From the NCBI GenBank assembly GCA_007134085.1, contig SLLL01000038.1, positions 21,555 through 85,554 on the forward strand: DNA of 64,000 nt, given 5' to 3'. The stretch comes from Balneolaceae bacterium (GTDB lineage Bacteria > Bacteroidota > Rhodothermia > Balneolales > Balneolaceae). The translations under genes and the position numbers were made by a program. Under the pieces are notes generated by a model that ran no database searches, was not told the origin of the DNA, and was given only the letters and a program-made list of their open reading frames with translations. Below are positions 59,497 through 64,000 of the stretch, piece by piece (positions within the stretch are counted from its first letter, which is position 1; each line of letters begins with the position of its first letter).

Positions 59497-59985
59497 CTAT
59501 TTCAGATAAAACCGAAAACCGGCAGCACCCATAAAGCTGAAAAAGAAATCAGGAGAAATATCCACATAAGGTGCTAATTCAAGAAAAATACCCAGTGGAG
59601 CGCTGCTAAAATCAGCGCCAATACCTATTGGGGCCCGCAGTGAAATTTCCAGGTCGCTGAATCCATAATCATAAAGTGCAATTCCAGGGCCATAGTAGAA
59701 GTGGAGAGAGCCTTCATCCCAGCTTGTATCATAAATTCGGTGCAGCAAAAAATCGGCTGTAAAAAAAATGTGTGATATTTCATCAGCAAAACCAAAACCA
59801 AGCCCTGCCGCAATTGCCTTATCTTCAGCGAGGTAGTATTTCATGCTTACGCCATACGGATCTCCAATAACACCACCAACTCCAAATGTTCTGTCCTGAG
59901 CGTATGCCTGATGAGAAAAAATTGTGAATGCGATAATTGCCAAAACGATAAAATGTATTTTTTTCATTTTACTATTCCCTATCAA
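59497..59985 (-). CDS. Small outer-membrane beta-barrel protein (likely start ATG at 59967)
   Basis: Signal peptide; alternating strands FGVGGVIG, FYYGPG, LRAPIG, IFLELAP, GFRFYL. Confidence 0.8.
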   Translation of the reverse strand: MIGNSKMKKIHFIVLAIIAFTIFSHQAYAQDRTFGVGGVIGDPYGVSMKYYLAEDKAIAAGLGFGFADEISHIFFTADFLLHRIYDTSWDEGSLHFYYGPGIALYDYGFSDLEISLRAPIGIGADFSSAPLGIFLELAPYVDISPDFFFSFMGAAGFRFYLK

Positions 59986-60104
59986 TTAATGAGTTATGAT
60001 TGATTTACTTCGTTAATTTGGAATGCAACAAAAAGTTTAACTTCAGCTCATTCTCTAATCAGAGAAGCTTATCTCATCATTTAGAACCACCATTATCGGT
60101 TCAA

Positions 60105-61316
60105 TTATTGATAACGGCCTTCAACAGCTGCCTTCGACTGCATAAACATTCTGTGATAATGCAGCTCATGTTCTGTAAGCTGATCTGATAAAATCGCCAC
60201 ACAATTTGTATCAGGCGCACATTCAGTGAACTGAAAACCTGGATCGGCCATCCAGCCAAGCCATAACCAGGGCAGTGCCAAATCCTGAAAAGTTTCTCCT
60301 GTAAGCCTGCGAATATGGCTTTCGGGTAAATTAAGTTCTTCGATAGTTGGTGAATCAGCAAAAAACTGCCCAATATCCCAGAATGGATTTCCTATTCCGG
60401 GATCTGTCCTGTTCAGATCAGAAAGTATCTCTTCGATAGAATTACTTCCCTGCTCCCCCTTTTCTCCTGATAATCTAAAACTGTGTTGAGCAATTAACTG
60501 TGCCTTGTATTTTGAGTAGGATAGAAAATCTAAACTACCTGCCTGTGTGGTAAAGTCTGACTTTGAAACGAATGATAGCAACTCCGATAGTTCCTTTATA
60601 CCGGCATTGGCTGTGTAAGCAAACTGTAATTCATTAAACAAGTATTCCCGTGAACCAGAAGGCCGGATTGGAGCCAATGGAAGCCAATCACCCAACATAC
60701 CGGCACTGCTGCTGTAATATGGATCTTCACTCCAAAGATTCATCCGAATGCCAACCGGCATGTCAAAAAGGTTTATCTCTGCCAGTTTCTCAGCTTGTTG
60801 ATGTGCATCTTCTTCTTTGTCAAACCAATCAATGAAGAGTATTAAGCCAATATCTTTAAGGAAGCCACCAAACTCTGCATCTCTTTCCTTGTTTGATTGC
60901 CCCTCGATTGGAAGCTCTCCCGGTTGGAAAGGAATCCATTCCCGGGGGTCAACAGAATCAAAACTGTACTTAACCTGTAATGCCTGAATCATGTTAACTA
61001 TATCTTCGAGTTTACTGGCATTTAGTGTTTCAATACCGGGCGCTGCATGTCCGGATCCTCTCCTTCTTATGGTGAAATTGCTGTAGTTCAATTTAGCGAG
61101 ATCTATCCCATCCGGTGCATGGCATTGAACACATGCTGCACCACCTGCAATAGCTCCCGGCATTCGCCAGGCTATTAAGCCTGTCTCAATTATCTCATTA
61201 AGTTCAGCTTCAGAAAGTGTATCATAATCAATTGATTCTATGTTTATGCTGCGGCTACACCCAACCCAAACTGCTGAGAGCGCTAAACACAGAATAATCC
61301 ATTGAAATACCTTCAT
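60105..61316 (-). CDS. Lipoprotein with a single c-type haem-binding motif
   Basis: Lipobox VWVGC; CVQCH (CXXCH) near residue 62. Confidence 0.7.
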   Translation of the reverse strand: MKVFQWIILCLALSAVWVGCSRSINIESIDYDTLSEAELNEIIETGLIAWRMPGAIAGGAACVQCHAPDGIDLAKLNYSNFTIRRRGSGHAAPGIETLNASKLEDIVNMIQALQVKYSFDSVDPREWIPFQPGELPIEGQSNKERDAEFGGFLKDIGLILFIDWFDKEEDAHQQAEKLAEINLFDMPVGIRMNLWSEDPYYSSSAGMLGDWLPLAPIRPSGSREYLFNELQFAYTANAGIKELSELLSFVSKSDFTTQAGSLDFLSYSKYKAQLIAQHSFRLSGEKGEQGSNSIEEILSDLNRTDPGIGNPFWDIGQFFADSPTIEELNLPESHIRRLTGETFQDLALPWLWLGWMADPGFQFTECAPDTNCVAILSDQLTEHELHYHRMFMQSKAAVEGRYQ

Positions 61317-61332
61317 CTCTTTTCACCTTAAA

Positions 61333-61953
61333 CTAAATCGGGATTCGAATACCTGCCCCAAATACAAGTTGATCGGCATCTCCGCCTAAGCCGGAGTATC
61401 GAAGCTCACCAAAAATTGCCCCGAAATTGATCAGATATTCTGTGCCTACGCCAATATTGAATCCAAACTCAGAGCTGCTCATTGTTGGTGCAGCGTTAAA
61501 TGGTGGCATAGATTGATTTTGCATTGGCGGTGGGCCCCCTTCCACAGGTGATGCCTGCATAAATAAATCATTACCCGGAATGAAAGTTGTTGCCCCGGAA
61601 AATTCTGCGGAGAACCTGAAATAGTTTATACCGGCCAGCCCATACACATTGATGGCATCTCTTTCCATAAAGATGTAGTGCATGTTTAGGTTGAACTCAA
61701 AGCGCTTCACTTTATCAAATTCACCCGATTCCGGGAAATAGAACCCAAGGTCTAACGCCCCTCTTACCTTATCAGTGAAAGAGTAGGTGCCATCTATCCG
61801 AAAACCTGCTTGTTCAGCTTCAAACCCATAAAAAAGTCCTCCGCCCACTGAAATTCCGGAACCTTCAGAATCACCGTTTTGTGCAATACCCTGCAAAGGA
61901 AGTAAACATATAATGAGTACTATTATTGATATTGTTTTTTTCATGTCGTTCAT
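61333..61953 (-). CDS. Outer-membrane beta-barrel protein with a Pro/Met-rich loop
   Basis: Signal peptide, amphipathic strands (VYGLAGINY, FGFNIGVG, LVFGAGIRIPI) and an inserted FMQASPVEGGPPPMQNQSMPPFNAAPTM segment. Confidence 0.8.
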   Translation of the reverse strand: MNDMKKTISIIVLIICLLPLQGIAQNGDSEGSGISVGGGLFYGFEAEQAGFRIDGTYSFTDKVRGALDLGFYFPESGEFDKVKRFEFNLNMHYIFMERDAINVYGLAGINYFRFSAEFSGATTFIPGNDLFMQASPVEGGPPPMQNQSMPPFNAAPTMSSSEFGFNIGVGTEYLINFGAIFGELRYSGLGGDADQLVFGAGIRIPI

Positions 61954-61968
61954 CAGTTAGTTTTATTT

Positions 61969-62616
61969 TTAGAATAGAATACCTGCTGTAATTGAAAACA
62001 CTCTGTTTTTTTCATCGCTTTCGATTTGGCTTTCAAAAACTGAGGTAATCCCAATAGTATATGAGGCACGCAACCTTATATTCAGAGATTCCCTTCGGAT
62101 AACTCCTCCCCCGCCAAGTATCAGGCCAACATCGGCCGCTCGAATAAATTCATCTATTTTGTCGATGTATAAATCATCTGCTTCATTTGCTTTAGAGCTG
62201 ATATTTACCGCGAGATAAGGCCCAGCGATTATCTGAGGATGAAAAGAACCTGATCGCTCAATTTCGAATTTGGCAAGAACAGGTATATCCACATAGTCAA
62301 GTTTAAGTGTGCCTGCATTTCCCGCATTACCTCCAGGTATGCCTATGCCTATCGGGGCACGATAAAAGCCTGTGGCACCTTTTTGCGAATAGTACGCACC
62401 TGTTTCAATATCAAATATCTGCCCCTCCAGTGGAATCTCTACCGATATTCCAGCCAAGAACCCTGTGCGGGATTCATAATCAATTTCAACGCCTGAAAAA
62501 TTGGCTATGTTAATGCCTGCATGAGCACCAAACTTCAGATTACTTTGTGCAACTGCATTCTGTATTGATACTGACAGCATCAGAATCAAAAAAAACACTG
62601 TAGATTTATTATTCAT
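61969..62616 (-). CDS. Porin-family small beta-barrel OMP (paralog A)
   Basis: FGAHAGINIA, YSQKGA, LDYVDIPVL, AGPY and a terminal Phe. Confidence 0.88.
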   Translation of the reverse strand: MNNKSTVFFLILMLSVSIQNAVAQSNLKFGAHAGINIANFSGVEIDYESRTGFLAGISVEIPLEGQIFDIETGAYYSQKGATGFYRAPIGIGIPGGNAGNAGTLKLDYVDIPVLAKFEIERSGSFHPQIIAGPYLAVNISSKANEADDLYIDKIDEFIRAADVGLILGGGGVIRRESLNIRLRASYTIGITSVFESQIESDEKNRVFSITAGILF

Positions 62617-62642
62617 CTTTATACGCGTTTATATGATTAAGT

Positions 62643-63329
62643 TTAGAATGTAAATCCCGCAGCTACCGTAAATACGCCATGCTTTTCGCCCTCATCAGAA
62701 CGGTTTTCATATACAGGGCTTAAACCGAGAGAATATCTTGCCTGCACATTCAGTTTGCGGCCGCTTATTTTAAAATCACCTCCGGCCCCAATTAACAAGC
62801 CAAAGCCGATTCGCTTTATCTCTGCTGATATATCTTCTATGTAGGCTATATTTTTACTCGCTTTTACCTCAGAATTGAGGCTTATATCCAGATATGGCCC
62901 GGCCAGTATGTAAGGTGAAACTGCTGCCTCTGTATCAAACCGATATTTTGCGAGGAGAGGTATTTCGAGATAATCGAGCTTGAATGTACCTGCATTGCCC
63001 TCGTAAGAACCTTTAATAATGCTCTCTTTGTAGCGTCCTTCGGCACCCTTTTGTGAATAGAACAGGCCCGACTCAAATTCCACAGGCAGCGATTCTGCTG
63101 AATACCCTATTGCTAACCCTGCGAATAGCCCGGCCCGGGTTGCTAATTCATGGGGGCCGCCATTCAGGTTGGCTATATTAAGCCCGGCTTTAATTCCCAG
63201 CTCTAAGCCACTCTGTGCATTTATATTAGTTGGTGTAATGAAGAGTAACAACTTGAATAAGAAGCATATTATCAGATATTTTCTCATTTTAGTTTTTATT
63301 GGTTTGAGATTTTTCCAGTTATCCTGCAC
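62643..63329 (-). CDS. Porin-family small beta-barrel OMP (paralog B; likely start ATG at 63287)
   Basis: LGIKAGLNIA, YSQKGA, LDYLEIPLL, AGPY and a terminal Phe. Confidence 0.88.
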   Translation of the reverse strand: MQDNWKNLKPIKTKMRKYLIICFLFKLLLFITPTNINAQSGLELGIKAGLNIANLNGGPHELATRAGLFAGLAIGYSAESLPVEFESGLFYSQKGAEGRYKESIIKGSYEGNAGTFKLDYLEIPLLAKYRFDTEAAVSPYILAGPYLDISLNSEVKASKNIAYIEDISAEIKRIGFGLLIGAGGDFKISGRKLNVQARYSLGLSPVYENRSDEGEKHGVFTVAAGFTF

Positions 63330-63526
63330 TCATTGCAGTTTTAGTTATTTGATAATGCAACAAATTGATCGATAGTAGCTCACTCGTTGAGTAATTGAAC
63401 AACCTGGCCGGTGTACTTTTCTCTTTCACTATTCTGTTTTTTTATTATTTTCGATGAAAGAATTACTGCGGGCTTACTTAAACTGTACCGGCCGTATCCT
63501 TACAGGAATGAAAAAGCTTACTTCAT

Positions 63527-64000
63527 ATGTCTGATGAACAAGGCGAATTAACGGCGCTTCTAAATTCACTTAGTGGGGATTCTGGAGCAATTAATAAAGC
63601 TCTGCCAATTGTGTATGATGAATTGAGAAATCTTGCCCACAGACAGCTTAGAGGTGAGCGTAAAGATCATACACTAAATACCACTGCCCTGGTTCATGAG
63701 GCATATATAAAACTCATTAATCACCCGCCTGACGGAGACTGGGACGGGCGGCGCCACTTTTTCGGTATCGCTGCCAGAGCAATGCGGCAGATTCTAGTAA
63801 ACTACGCTATGATGCGTAACCGAAAAAAAAGAAGTGGAAATTTGGGTATTCAACCATTTGAAGATGAAATTTACCTTTCAGAAGAGAAGGCAGAAGAACT
63901 TCTTGTTCTTGATGAGGCCTTAAAGGAGCTTGAGAAGCTAAATGAACGGCAGGGGCGCGTGGTAGAGTGCAGATACTTTGCCGGATACAATATTGAAGAG
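63527..64000 (+). CDS. ECF sigma factor, TIGR02999 type; runs off the window and is not in the ORF track
   Basis: Manual translation: MSDEQGELTALL...LPIVYDELRNLAHRQLRGERKDHTLNTTALVHEAYIKL...HFFGIAARAMRQILVNYA...LDEALKELEKLNERQGRVVECRYFAGYNIEE. Confidence 0.92.
   Translation, partial: MSDEQGELTALLNSLSGDSGAINKALPIVYDELRNLAHRQLRGERKDHTLNTTALVHEAYIKLINHPPDGDWDGRRHFFGIAARAMRQILVNYAMMRNRKKRSGNLGIQPFEDEIYLSEEKAEELLVLDEALKELEKLNERQGRVVECRYFAGYNIEE

Noticed and set aside
59497-63329. MtrAB/PioAB-type extracellular electron transfer conduit
   Set aside because: Only one CXXCH is present and the barrels (about 160-215 aa) are far too small to sheath a cytochrome.

Overview
Mostly core-genome, AT-rich bacterial DNA. 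The gene content suggests Balneolaceae/Rhodothermota or a related FCB-group lineage (inference). Core genes: pgi (partial), pfkA, polyprenyl synthase, lpxH-like hydrolase, PBP1A, a complex I operon that stops at nuoH, a fused 2-oxoacid dehydrogenase E1, fumC, mutY, rpsU, radA, fbaB, dusB, serS, an Lrp regulator, rpoN, dprA, obgE, accD, tsaB and pyrC. Three parts stand out. (1) 18575-24482 is a compact putative glycosphingolipid cluster: GT4-GT4-spt-bacterial ceramide synthase-like GNAT, with a divergent SDR that may be the ceramide reductase. (2) 33608-40986 is a dusB-serS block bounded by two direct copies of a small repeat. It holds a doubly inactivated ParE/RelE toxin beside an intact antitoxin, plus a HEPN/MNT pair. 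(3) 52635-64000 is an envelope/signalling island: an InlB-B-repeat/GLUG lipoprotein, a membrane Ser/Thr kinase with TPRs, a Gln-rich protein, a monohaem c lipoprotein, four small beta-barrel OMPs and a TIGR02999-type ECF sigma factor (partial, not in the ORF track). No tRNA, rRNA, CRISPR array, integrase or transposase was seen. All family assignments come from motif recognition by eye; no database searches were run.
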